A stretch of 64,000 nucleotides of DNA, from assembly GCA_963845065.1 (NCBI GenBank), contig CAWJQQ010000001.1:1258057-1322056 (forward strand), read 5' to 3'. Under the pieces are notes generated by a model that saw only the letters and a list, made by a program, of their open reading frames with translations, did not search any database and was not told where the DNA came from. This document shows positions 21,272 through 31,314 of this stretch, in pieces. The position numbers and the translations under genes are program-made. Source of the stretch: Nitrospirota bacterium (lineage in GTDB: Bacteria > Nitrospirota > UBA9217). Each line of letters opens with the position of its first letter. The first letter of the stretch is position 1.

Positions 21272-21949
21272 ATGATAAATCTCTCCAATATAACAAAAAC
21301 TTACCATATGGGCGAGTTGGATATCACCGTCTTAGCAGGTATAACTCTTAGTATCAAACCGGGTGAACTCATTGCAGTTATGGGGCCATCTGGTTCGGGA
21401 AAATCGACGCTCATGAACATAATCGGCTGCCTCGACAGGCCGACAAGCGGGGTCTATCATTTCGAGGACCGGGAAATCAGCACTTTATCCGACGATGAAC
21501 TCGCTTCGGTAAGAAATGTCAAGATCGGATTTGTATTCCAAACATTTAATTTGCTGCCGCGGCTCTCAGCCCTGAAAAACGTCGAGGTTCCTCTCATTTA
21601 TAGCGGAGTGCCTGCTCGTACCAGGAAGGAACGGGCTGCGCCGATGCTTGAGCGGGTTGGTCTAGCCGAACGCATGTATCATAAGCCCACGGAACTTTCA
21701 GGAGGGCAGCAGCAAAGAGTTGCTATTGCTCGCGCTCTCGTGAATAACCCCCCTCTTCTTCTCGCTGATGAACCTACGGGCAATCTGGACAGCCGTTCCG
21801 GCGAGGAAATCCTGAATATTCTAACGGAGCTTAATAAACAAGGGGTTACGGTCGTCATTGTCACCCACGACCAGAACGTGGCAGGCCGGTGCAAAAGGAA
21901 TATTCATTTGAAGGATGGACAGATTATAGAAGACCAGGTGGTTTTATGA
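21272..21949 (+). CDS. MacB/LolD-type ABC ATPase
   Basis: GPSGSGKST, LSGGQQQRVAIARAL, LADEPTGNLD. Confidence 0.93.
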   Translation: MINLSNITKTYHMGELDITVLAGITLSIKPGELIAVMGPSGSGKSTLMNIIGCLDRPTSGVYHFEDREISTLSDDELASVRNVKIGFVFQTFNLLPRLSALKNVEVPLIYSGVPARTRKERAAPMLERVGLAERMYHKPTELSGGQQQRVAIARALVNNPPLLLADEPTGNLDSRSGEEILNILTELNKQGVTVVIVTHDQNVAGRCKRNIHLKDGQIIEDQVVL

Positions 21950-23154
21950 ATTTCCTTGAAACGTTCCGGGTTTCTTTTGAAGCGATCCTGTCAAATAAGG
22001 TCCGTTCCGGTCTCACCATGCTCGGTGTCATCATCGGCGTGATGGCCGTCATCCTTCTGGTGTCCATCGGAGAAGGCGCGAGGGTCTATATAACAAAAGA
22101 ACTTACTGGACTCGGCACGAACCTTCTCATTATTACACCGGGAAAGACCAGTGCAAGCGGCGGATTCCATCCGCCTTCGGCAGGCACAGTCCGCAAGCTC
22201 ACGTACGACGACTCACTTGCCCTCAGGCGCAGAGCCTGGCTGCTGACCGATGCGGTGCCGATCGTGCTCGGGACAGGTAGGATCAAGTACACGAACCTAG
22301 GCCGCGATGTTATGATCATAGGCGTTACGCCTGAATTCCAGCGGGTGAGAAATCTTTTCGTCGATTCTGGAAGTTATGTCACCCAAGGAGATGTGGATTC
22401 CAAGAGTAAGGTCGTCGTTCTCGGAACAAAAGTCAAGGAAGAACTCTTCGGGGATCAGAACGCACTCGGTAAGGTCGTGATGCTTTCCGACGTTCGGTAT
22501 CGTGTCATAGGCGTCATGCGGAAAAAAGGCACAAGCCTCGGCATGGACGTGGACGACATTGTTTACGTGCCGGTTACGAGCGGTCAGGAACTCTTTGATA
22601 CGGATGCGCTTTTTGAGATTATCGCATCAACGCCTCAGGCCGAAGACACCGACCGCGCCATTACTCAGATAAAGGACGTACTAATCAAACGCCATGCCCA
22701 TAAAGAGGACTTCACGATCCAGACACAGGGTGCCATGCTGGAGACCATGAACACAATCCTGGGAGTATTGACTGCAGTTTTGGGTGGGATAGCAGGTATA
22801 TCGCTCCTGGTCGGCGGTATCGGTATCATGAACATCATGCTGGTCTCGGTCCGGGAACGGACGCGAGAAATCGGTATCCGTAAGGCATTAGGTGCGAGGA
22901 ACAGTGACATCATGGCGCAATTTATGATCGAAGCCGTAACTCTTTCAGGAGCAGGCGGCGTGCTCGGCATACTCATCGGGGTCGGCTTGGCACTGCTCAT
23001 CCCAGTATTCGTAGATGTCCTGCCCACGAGCGTCTCTCTCTGGTCTATTGCAATGGCGTTTACTTTCTCCGGAGCAGTTGGGATCTTTTTTGGCGTATAT
23101 CCCGCGAGCAAGGCTGCGCAGCAGGACCCGATTCAGGCACTTAGATATGAGTAA
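21946..23154 (+). CDS. MacB/FtsX-type ABC permease
   Basis: RSGLTMLGVIIG, SLLVGGIGIMNIMLVSVRERTREIGIRKALGA, DPIQALRYE; ATGA overlap. Confidence 0.93.
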   Translation: MNFLETFRVSFEAILSNKVRSGLTMLGVIIGVMAVILLVSIGEGARVYITKELTGLGTNLLIITPGKTSASGGFHPPSAGTVRKLTYDDSLALRRRAWLLTDAVPIVLGTGRIKYTNLGRDVMIIGVTPEFQRVRNLFVDSGSYVTQGDVDSKSKVVVLGTKVKEELFGDQNALGKVVMLSDVRYRVIGVMRKKGTSLGMDVDDIVYVPVTSGQELFDTDALFEIIASTPQAEDTDRAITQIKDVLIKRHAHKEDFTIQTQGAMLETMNTILGVLTAVLGGIAGISLLVGGIGIMNIMLVSVRERTREIGIRKALGARNSDIMAQFMIEAVTLSGAGGVLGILIGVGLALLIPVFVDVLPTSVSLWSIAMAFTFSGAVGIFFGVYPASKAAQQDPIQALRYE

Positions 23155-23542
23155 TGTTTCCCCCCGCAAAGTAGTTTGCTAATCACGGATACTCAAGACG
23201 TCGTCACTATTTTTTTCCTTGCCCGCAAGAAGTGCATGACAGCCATCGATAAAAATTCTTACCCTTAAAAACTCCACCTTGTCTCCCTTTCTGATCCCGA
23301 CATTCTGAAGTTAACTATAAAAATGCGCTTATCAATAAATTATCATGCAATCAAAATATACCGAAGCATATATTAGGGCGGTAGTACACCATAGCTCTGA
23401 CATTGGGGCCTCTCGCTTGGGGTTCCAAAAAGGCCCTAACCGTCCCCTTTAGTCACCTGCGTAGTTCAGTACACCTGAAAACATGCAAAGTGAATGTCCT
23501 TGAACTGAAATAACGAAATCGCGATATACGTGTATTGATGCT

Positions 23543-23902
23543 TCACTGTACCGTCAATATCGCAGTGCCTGTTATGTTTGTCGACGGATCGGTTGCCGTT
23601 ATAGTAGTTGTGCCTAGAGCGACAGCTGTTGCAAGCCCTTGTGAACCAGCTGAGTTGCTTATCGTTGAAACAATTGCAGTTGATGAGCTCCATGTCACTG
23701 ACGTCGTAATATCGGCCTCTACATTACCCTGATAATTTCCAACAGCATCAAACTGAAGGGTCGATCCATTAGAAATGGTAGGACTGGTCGGCGTTATGGT
23801 AATGTAAATAAGATTGGGTTGAGTAGGACCGCAACCGGTGAGGATTAACATGGGCACAAAAAACGATAAAATAAAGATAAACATAAACTTAAAAATATTC
23901 AT
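23543..23902 (-). CDS. Lipoprotein with a single bacterial Ig-like (Big_2) domain
   Basis: Lipobox LTGC; ITITP...QFDAVG...DITTSVTWSSS...GLATAVALGTTTITA; GGAGG RBS. Confidence 0.85.
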   Translation of the reverse strand: MNIFKFMFIFILSFFVPMLILTGCGPTQPNLIYITITPTSPTISNGSTLQFDAVGNYQGNVEADITTSVTWSSSTAIVSTISNSAGSQGLATAVALGTTTITATDPSTNITGTAILTVQ

Positions 23903-24313
23903 AACCAGTGACCTCCATAAAGTGATTTACGAACATTTAAAATACGACAATGCGGTCAATAATCGATGCATGACAAGCAAGCAAAGCGCGTCGGTTAGCA
24001 GAGTGACCATGATTGTTTATTATCGAACAAAGCCTAAGTGTGCAAGATATGTCGGCATGGGCCGCAACTGAAGTAACGTAATATTGTCAACATCAACAAT
24101 TCCAGCGATAAAAACTTGATGGTCCCTGACACCTGCGTGCCAACTAAATGATTGTAACAGGGTTGACTGTGCCTATTGGTGTCACTGTTTGTTAAATATC
24201 GCTTTGGATAGGTACTCCTCCCTGAATGGGAACATTGATCTGGCGCCTACTACGATGATGCCAATGACTAAGATAGCCAGAATTATAGCCGAGGTGATTA
24301 TTATTTATAAAAC

Positions 24314-24445
24314 TTGTCCTTGAATACCCAGCAGTTCTACTGCTGGGATGAAAAGGACAATCCTGACGAAGTCAGGATAAGAATCTGATTGGTTTTAGGT
24401 TCTATCGGTTTTGATGCCCCGCAGCTCTGCTGCGGGTTAATTCAC
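24314..24445. mobile_element. Short non-autonomous twin-hairpin element (IS200/IS605-derived PATE/MITE-like)
   Basis: Two related hairpins CCCAGCAG-TTCTA-CTGCTGGG (24327-24347) and CCCGCAGC-TCT-GCTGCGGG (24418-24436) plus a central ATCCTGAC-GAA-GTCAGGAT; no ORF. Confidence 0.55.
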
Positions 24446-24465
24446 TTCTCGTTCACTTCTTTTCC

Positions 24466-25857
24466 TCAGCGTATCCCCATCGCGTATTCAATGCTGGCTT
24501 GGGAGGTTTTGTAATTAGCCAGCGCATTCGTCAAATTCGCCTGGGCCGTTACGTAGAGTGCAAACGAATCGGAGACTTCGATCGGGCTTCCCACTCCGGC
24601 AGCATAGCGACCGTTAGCCAGGTCCAGGTTCTCCTTGGCCTGCTTAGCCGCTAGATCCGCGGTCGAGATGCTGGCCTCCGCTGCCACCAGGTTCAGGTAC
24701 GCTTGTCTGACGTTGAGCAGTATTTGCTGACGTAAAGATTCTTCATTGGCTCTCAGAACATTGAGATTTGATTTAGCCCCTGATACCTGCTGTTGCGTCA
24801 AGAAACCGTTGAACACGGGAACGGTCAAAGCCACCCCGGCACTCCAACCTTGCTCAAACGTTGAGGTTGTCTCGCCTACCGAGTAGTAGTTTGCGTTTCC
24901 CGATAAGGTCGGGTAATAACCTGAACGTGCGAAACTGATATTTTCCTCTGCCGCCTGTCTTTGGGCAATGATCGATTTGAGATCAGGCCTGTTTTCAAAG
25001 GCGTGCGCCGTTGCTTCCTCCAGAGTGATCGTATACTTCTGAAATGCGAGGTTGTCCTCAAGCGTGTATTCGGGCGGATCAGGTGTCCCCATAGCATTGT
25101 TTAGAGTCACCCAGGCTATCTTGAGCGCATTTTCGGCATTAATAAGACTGAGCTGTGCATTGCTCAGATTAACTTCTGCATTGATCACATCGATCCGTGC
25201 ATTCGTACCGACCGCATAAAAAGCTTTTGCCTGGTCCAGATGGAGTTGCATTTGTTTTATGACGTCCATATCCACGTCACGATTCCGCTTGGCCTGCAGT
25301 ACGCCGTAATAGGCCTGTTTAACGTTCAGAATTACAGTATCTTGCGTTGTTGTCATATTTGAACGAGCGGAATCGAGATTGTACTTAGATATTTCTACCT
25401 GTGACGACGTCTTTCCGAAGTCCGTGATATACTGATTGAGCGATAAGATGCCAGCAGCCAGATTGTATGGCGTAGTTCCCGTCGAACTTGATGCTGGCTG
25501 AATCCTGTTGTATGTAGCTGATGCGCTGAGCTGTGGATAATAGACGGAACGCGCCTGACCTACCAGGCTCCTATTGACTTCCACGGTATTAATCGCGGCA
25601 ACAATGGTTGGATTTTTGCGAAGCGCGATATCAATACATCGCTTCACAGTTAATATCTCACCTGCCGATATCATGCCTTCATCGGCAGGATCGTTTTTTT
25701 CAGACTGAACCTGCGCAGATTGGGATTGACCCGCAGGTGTGGCTTCTTCAGCGCAAAGAGGTGCTGGCACGGTGGCCAGGATGAAAAGGCACATCGAACA
25801 GACCAGGATAGTCCCCGTAAAATAATGACTCTTCTGTGTGTAATTTTTTGCTAACAT
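24466..25857 (-). CDS. TolC-family outer membrane protein (second copy)
   Basis: LTVKRCIDIALRKNP, YYPQL / YYPTL, RYAAGVG; GAGGGAG RBS before ATG 25857. Confidence 0.9.
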   Translation of the reverse strand: MLAKNYTQKSHYFTGTILVCSMCLFILATVPAPLCAEEATPAGQSQSAQVQSEKNDPADEGMISAGEILTVKRCIDIALRKNPTIVAAINTVEVNRSLVGQARSVYYPQLSASATYNRIQPASSSTGTTPYNLAAGILSLNQYITDFGKTSSQVEISKYNLDSARSNMTTTQDTVILNVKQAYYGVLQAKRNRDVDMDVIKQMQLHLDQAKAFYAVGTNARIDVINAEVNLSNAQLSLINAENALKIAWVTLNNAMGTPDPPEYTLEDNLAFQKYTITLEEATAHAFENRPDLKSIIAQRQAAEENISFARSGYYPTLSGNANYYSVGETTSTFEQGWSAGVALTVPVFNGFLTQQQVSGAKSNLNVLRANEESLRQQILLNVRQAYLNLVAAEASISTADLAAKQAKENLDLANGRYAAGVGSPIEVSDSFALYVTAQANLTNALANYKTSQASIEYAMGIR

Positions 25858-26410
25858 CCATCTCCCTCGATTTTCAACTGACTCACACATGGGTCTGGCA
25901 AATCCTACCATTAATTATGGGATGATGTCTAGCCGGAAATTCATGTTCGTCACCAACGAAGCATCTTTACGCTGTAATCGGCTGTGAATGTAACCTCGCA
26001 TTAGGTTACAAAATTTATCCTGAAAGGCATTATATATTCTCGGTGAATATTCTTACCGGTTGGTATGCGCGGGGAACCGGCAGAACGGTGATTACGCTTG
26101 CACATTGAACTAGCGCTCCCTATCTCGATAGATATGTCAGAATAAGAGCGCTTCATGTATGCAAAATTCATACATCATCTTTATGAGGATAGCGTATTTT
26201 ATTAAAAGTTACAATGTTTTGACACAAAAGCTTCGAAAAGGTTTAATTATGAATTCGTATTTCACGAAAATATAGTATATCTAGGAAAAATTTTCCGGAA
26301 AGTCCTAAAGAAGGAAAATGTTGCCGCATTGTTGCTTATGAGACTTCTGAGATTGTTTTTTATAGGCCTGTTTTTTTTGATTTCTAAGAATGATGTGTTT
26401 TTAATGTATC

Positions 26411-26426
26411 TGGTATATAAATTGCT
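26411..26426 (+). promoter_or_regulatory. Candidate sigma54 -24/-12 promoter
   Basis: TGGTAT-ATAAA-TTGCT with exact GG-N10-GC spacing, about 40 bp upstream of the GTG start. Confidence 0.6.
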
Positions 26427-26467
26427 TACTTAGTGTTAACGTTTTTAAATGTTGATAAGAAAAGGAG

Positions 26468-26863
26468 GTGAACATTGTGTCAATACAGTCTGTAAGTAAT
26501 ACTGCTAATAATCCGTATTTAAGCACTCTCAACACTGACTTTCAAAATCTTCAGAACGACATTCAGTCTTACGAGAACGCCCAGAGTTCAGGAACTTCAG
26601 GAAGTTCTACCCAGGTCACTCTTTCCCAACAGGCGTTGAACCAAGCAATGTCACAAGTCCAGAATGATCTTGCCAGTCTCACACAGCAGGCGCAGGGTAC
26701 GCAGGGCATTCAGGGCCATCATCATCACCACCACTATCACGGGATGGATTCCACAGACAGCGGCGGAAGCACGGGCGCAGCAACCGGCCTCTCTGCGGCC
26801 GCAAGTAACAGCTATGGCTCGCAGACTAAAAACAGCGTAAGCTCGATTAACCTTACTGCATAA
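26468..26863 (+). CDS. Hypothetical Q/S/G/T-rich protein with internal poly-His
   Basis: AAGGAG RBS, GTG start, GHHHHHHYHG, followed by a terminator. Confidence 0.75.
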   Translation: MNIVSIQSVSNTANNPYLSTLNTDFQNLQNDIQSYENAQSSGTSGSSTQVTLSQQALNQAMSQVQNDLASLTQQAQGTQGIQGHHHHHHYHGMDSTDSGGSTGAATGLSAAASNSYGSQTKNSVSSINLTA

Positions 26864-26888
26864 TTTGTTCATGATATGAAGCGAGAGA

Positions 26889-26919
26889 GGAGGGGCTTCC
26901 CCGGCCCCTCCGTATTTTT
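26889..26919 (+). terminator. Rho-independent terminator
   Basis: GGAGGGGC-loop-GCCCCTCC followed by GTATTTTT. Confidence 0.75.
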
Positions 26920-27104
26920 GTATGCTTTTGGTCCAACCTCTGCCATCTGTTATCTTCTGCACGGTAATTTACCCGTCTTTATCTGAAGCAGCAATTAAAC
27001 CTTTTCTGAAATCCCGTGTCTTTGCCATATGCGATGATCAAATGCGGTAAAAGCAGTGTTGTATCGGAATAATAAGTAACCATTCAAGTGAGGAGAAAAA
27101 TAAG

Positions 27105-27656
27105 ATGAAGAATTGGAAGGAATCGCGAAAGTATGGTCTTTTTTTCAGTGTTGCCCTGGTGTGTTTGACGTTGTTGGCTGCAGTGCAGGTTTCAGCATTT
27201 GACGGGCAGAAACCTGATGGTAGGGAACCAGGCCATCCTTGCTGTTGTGATCGGGCGGCATCATGCCATGGGGCTGGTGGGTGGCAGGGGGAAATGCGCC
27301 ATCATAAGCTGCACCGAATTTTGATGGCTTTTAAGAAGCTCGATCTCACAGAAGGCCAAAAATCTGAGATTCATGAGATCTGGATATCCATGAAGAAGGA
27401 CATGATAAGGAAACGCGCAGACCTCAAAATCGCACAAATGGAACTCCACGGCCAGCTCCATCAGGATATGGTGGATATGCATGCAGTCGAATTGCAGGTA
27501 AAAAAGATCGAGGGTTTAAAGACCGATATGAAGCTTAATGCCATAAAGTCGTGGGAAGAAATTAAATCTAAGTTGACGCCTGACCAGCGGAAACACTTGG
27601 CTGATCTCATACGAGATTCACGGAAATGTCATGATCAACGTCACCATGAGGGGTAA
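27105..27656 (+). CDS. Spy/CpxP-family periplasmic protein (LTxxQ)
   Basis: Signal peptide, LDLTEGQK and KLTPDQR; His/Met/Cys-rich. Confidence 0.85.
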   Translation: MKNWKESRKYGLFFSVALVCLTLLAAVQVSAFDGQKPDGREPGHPCCCDRAASCHGAGGWQGEMRHHKLHRILMAFKKLDLTEGQKSEIHEIWISMKKDMIRKRADLKIAQMELHGQLHQDMVDMHAVELQVKKIEGLKTDMKLNAIKSWEEIKSKLTPDQRKHLADLIRDSRKCHDQRHHEG

Positions 27657-27890
27657 GCAGGCATTGATCAAGGTCCGGGGCAGGCGGCTGTAGAGTGCAC
27701 TGGACTCTGCTCTTGTACCTGAATAGTAATGCAAAAAATCATGTCAAACTGCTTATTGATCTCCTTTCGTCCCATTGTCGCAAGTTTATTTTGCTACAAT
27801 AAGAGTATGCGACCGCAATAGGCATTGCAATCATACGTATGGAGTGGAAGCGCATCATATTCATCAAGGGGCAAGTCAGGAGATAAATTT

Positions 27891-28136
27891 ATGGCGTTGA
27901 TGAAAGCAGTGCAGGTGAACTCCCCGGGAGGCAAGTTTGAGCTGGTACGCAAAGAGGTTCCGGAACCGAAAGAAAACGAAGTCCTGATTAAAGTTGCGGC
28001 TTGCGGCATCTGTCATGGAGATTCTGTAACAAAGGAAGGACATTTTCCCGGGATTGTCTATCCGAGGATCCCGGGGCATGAAGTGATCAGGCTTTATCAA
28101 CGAGGCAGGGCAAGGAAGGAGTTCACCGCAGTTTAG
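27891..28136 (+). pseudogene. Truncated Zn-dependent alcohol dehydrogenase
   Basis: MKAVQV...CGICHGD...PRIPGHEV then stops within about 16 codons; family norm is over 300 aa. Confidence 0.82.
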
Positions 28137-28314
28137 ATAAATAAAGCCATAATAATAATTATGTCAGAATGGAAGTTAGCTATAAATAATCGCTTTGTAC
28201 TTTCCATCGAGTGACTTAAATTCCTTTTTCAGTAGCATTTTCTGTAAGAGTGACATAATGTTTTTTAATCACTATTCGTAGAATGAGTATCATGGAAATC
28301 TAAGAGGTGAAAGG

Positions 28315-29280
28315 ATGAAGAGAACAATAATTGCGTCGATTGTATTGATTTTATTTTTCTCAAAGACGTCAAGTGTATTCGCAGAGGTCGACCTGTGCGC
28401 TACCTACGCGGAACAAGGAAAAACAGAAGAAGTTATACAAGAATGTTCAAAACAAATAAGCGGCAAGGTTAAAGTTGAGCATATTGAACGCTCATACATG
28501 AATCGCGCGATTGCTTACCAGATCACGAACCGACTCGATGAAGCCATTGCTGATTTTAGCAAGGTGATAGAATTGGACCCGAAAGATGATAAAGCCTACA
28601 ATGACCGCGGTAATACCTATTTATTAAAAGGTTTGCCGGACCAGGCAATAGCCGATTTCGATAAAGCAATCACGCTGAATCCGAAAAATGCTCATGCATA
28701 CTTTAACCGCGGCGTCGTTCGCCAGGCCATTGGCAAATTTGACGAGGCAATAACTGATTATAACAAAGTAATCGAATTAGATCCCAAAGTCGCGAACGCA
28801 TATAGGAACAGAGGTAACATTTACCTTACAGAAAACCGGTATGAGCAGGCAGTCGCAGATTTCATGAAATCTATCGAACTGAACCCGAAAGACGCAGAAA
28901 CATACAACAGCCTAGGAGCTATTCATATCGTCCAGGGCCAAATCGATAAAGCCATCGATGAATTTAACGAGGCCATTAAGGTAGATCCAAATAATGATCA
29001 AGCATTAAGCAACCGCGGGGCAGCCTACCAAGCTAAGGGTAGTTACGATTTGGCCGTTGCCGATTATCGCAATGCCTTGGAAATTAACCCAAACAACGTT
29101 TCGGCATATTACAACATGGCATGTCTTTATTCCTTGAAAAAAAATACTGAAGAATCCTGTTCTTGGCTCTTAAAAGCTGTTGATAAAGGATATGACAACT
29201 GGGAGCATATGAAAAAAGATCGCGACCTTGAGAATATTCACGGAGCTGAATGCTTCAAGAAAATACTCGACAAAAAATGA
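28315..29280 (+). CDS. Exported tetratricopeptide-repeat protein
   Basis: Signal peptide, tandem 34-aa AYxNRG...AIADFxKAIELxP repeats, YYNMACLYS...DRDLENI cap. Confidence 0.93.
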   Translation: MKRTIIASIVLILFFSKTSSVFAEVDLCATYAEQGKTEEVIQECSKQISGKVKVEHIERSYMNRAIAYQITNRLDEAIADFSKVIELDPKDDKAYNDRGNTYLLKGLPDQAIADFDKAITLNPKNAHAYFNRGVVRQAIGKFDEAITDYNKVIELDPKVANAYRNRGNIYLTENRYEQAVADFMKSIELNPKDAETYNSLGAIHIVQGQIDKAIDEFNEAIKVDPNNDQALSNRGAAYQAKGSYDLAVADYRNALEINPNNVSAYYNMACLYSLKKNTEESCSWLLKAVDKGYDNWEHMKKDRDLENIHGAECFKKILDKK

Positions 29281-29948
29281 ATTTGGATCTGATAGTCAGA
29301 ATATTCTCTTACCATTCAGGCTTCAAATTTCGTAGCAAGTCTGCCCACGTATGGACAGTAACGATGTGATTTTTATAGTTGCCGACCGTTTCATCGGGCG
29401 TATCACTTTCGGCCAATGGTAACCTATTGCTCGACATTGGCATACAGACTAATAATGCTTCTATTGTGGCTATGATGCATAACGTTGTCGATCATGACCA
29501 TTCAAAACTGCACGCTCTATACCAGCGTCATCGATAGCGGCTCGAAAGGGGTTTTATCTACGCCGCCATCATCTGGACAGTTGTCGTTCTGCAGCGACAA
29601 TTCGTTTAGGCTAAGTTCCGTATCTGCAATAACCCATTCGCGACAAATGTAGGCACCTCCGGAACACCAAACTTTGATGTTTTCTTCCAAATTGGCAATT
29701 TTACAGCCTCACATATACATCCAGCCAGGTTTTCTATAATATCGGCAGCTACACAAGCCTCTTTTTCGAATGGGAGCGCTTCCGTTCTATTTCGGATGAA
29801 GCATTTATGTGGACATAGAGGGAGTAAACTTTAATATTGGTGAAGGACTGTAATTTGCTTACTCACCGGTTTGAGTAACCAAACTAAAAAAAATCAGCTA
29901 AACTCTTCTATTGGTACATTTTATTAGAAAGATCAGGTCCATAACTGG

Positions 29949-30422
29949 TTAAAACTTATTTGCATCAGCCTCGAGCACGGCTAGGGGGATTAAGTATTTT
30001 CCGTTCTCCATTTTGCCTTCTATCTTTATGGGGTAACAATTTCCCAAACCTTTCTCGAGTTCATATACCGAAAATTTCGTATTGCAGTGACGGCATACGA
30101 TAGAACCGTTCTCGCAACGATATCCTTGCTTGAATGAATAGCAGCTTATGCAGGCATCTAGGAAGGAGCTGACTCTGCCATGGAGATTAAGTATGAAGTA
30201 ATTGATATTTTCCCCATGAAAGTGATAGGTAAAGAATTTCGGTACTTCAGGTGGAAGGTTTGTCAAATCGATGACTATGTTAGGTCCGATTTGTGGTGCA
30301 GAAGGATAGGACAGTTGATTTGAGCAGGAAAAACACATTAGGAGCATTGCCAAAATAAAAGGTGAGAAAATTTGAGATTGGCGCCTAAAGGATTCACGAT
30401 GATTCATTTCGTGGAGCACCAT
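29949..30422 (-). CDS. DUF2318/FtrD-like Fe-S-type protein
   Basis: DACISC, GY, VCRHC, GNCYPI Cys pattern; lipoprotein-like signal; start uncertain. Confidence 0.72.
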   Translation of the reverse strand: MVLHEMNHRESFRRQSQIFSPFILAMLLMCFSCSNQLSYPSAPQIGPNIVIDLTNLPPEVPKFFTYHFHGENINYFILNLHGRVSSFLDACISCYSFKQGYRCENGSIVCRHCNTKFSVYELEKGLGNCYPIKIEGKMENGKYLIPLAVLEADANKF

Positions 30423-30726
30423 GGGTGATGTTAAATTTAGATTTTGTCGTAGGAAGATTTGCCTCTCAGATCGCATGATTGCATGATAATTTTCTACATA
30501 TAAGCCTGTCAAGAGAAATCCCATTCATCACTAATTACAGAACTAAACCACAGTATCTGCCTTTGCGAATAAAGGGTATCTGGATTTTGCAATTGATTGC
30601 TGGAAATCAGGTTGTGAACGATATTTGAGTAGTTGGCTGATTTTATGTACCACATCGCCGATTGTATCTCTAGACATTTCCACTGCGAATACGTATGCTA
30701 CACGTACAGAAAGAAGGGGAGTTTAC

Positions 30727-30957
30727 ATGCAAAAAAAGCTGACTATAACTATGGATGAGGCAATATATATATATAATGGATTTCACAAAACATCGGCCCT
30801 TGAAAAATCAGTAAATTAATCGAGGAACTGGTACGTATCTTATTCGCCCTAACCTGGAACTGGCATATTCCAATATGTCCAAGGACAGGAAAAAGAAGCA
30901 GAAGCTTTAGAATGGGAAGAAACCAACATTAAGGATTTAGCGCATGAAAGGAGGTGA
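30727..30957 (+). pseudogene. Frameshifted antitoxin
   Basis: MQKKLTITMDE N-terminus and EALEWEE...DLAHERR* C-terminus in different frames; (AT)n run near 30762-30774. Confidence 0.68.
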
Positions 30958-31267
30958 GGTCTAGTGAGTTAATTTTGATCGTTCCTTTGGTGGTGAAATT
31001 TAGAAGAGGCGCCCTTCTGCCATCGCCCCAATGATGCATCGAACAAATTCATCAACCCAGTTCTGTTAATCCCTCTTGTCAGCAAAAAGAGCTCATCCAT
31101 ATCCGAGTGATGTGCTGGTTATCTTCAATGGAAAAGAAAACAGGGCTATGGCGGACCAGTTGGCAACGGTAAACAAGTTGCGATTGTTTAGACATACCGG
31201 CGTACTTTCAGATGAAGGCTTGGCTAAAATCGGTGAGACGATGAAGCTACAATTGGACATTTTCTGA
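30944..31267 (+). pseudogene. PemK/MazF-family toxin pseudogene
   Basis: MKGGEV**VNFDRSFGGEI*KRRP...AMADQLATVNKLRL; stops at 30962, 30965, 31001. Confidence 0.82.
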
Positions 31268-31314
31268 TTAATTTCGCATTCATCGGTCGACTTGCAGCCT
31301 TTTGTTCAGGCGCT

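Noticed and set aside
25880..26120. c-di-GMP or other riboswitch between tolC and the His-rich gene
   Set aside because: GGCAAA is present but the GAAA tetraloop and GACGCAAAG elements are not
26995..27025. ECF sigma promoter before the Spy/CpxP gene
   Set aside because: AAAC...GTCT is suggestive but too short to support without TSS data
28490..29110. DNA tandem repeat array
   Set aside because: 102-bp periodicity is explained by TPR coding repeats
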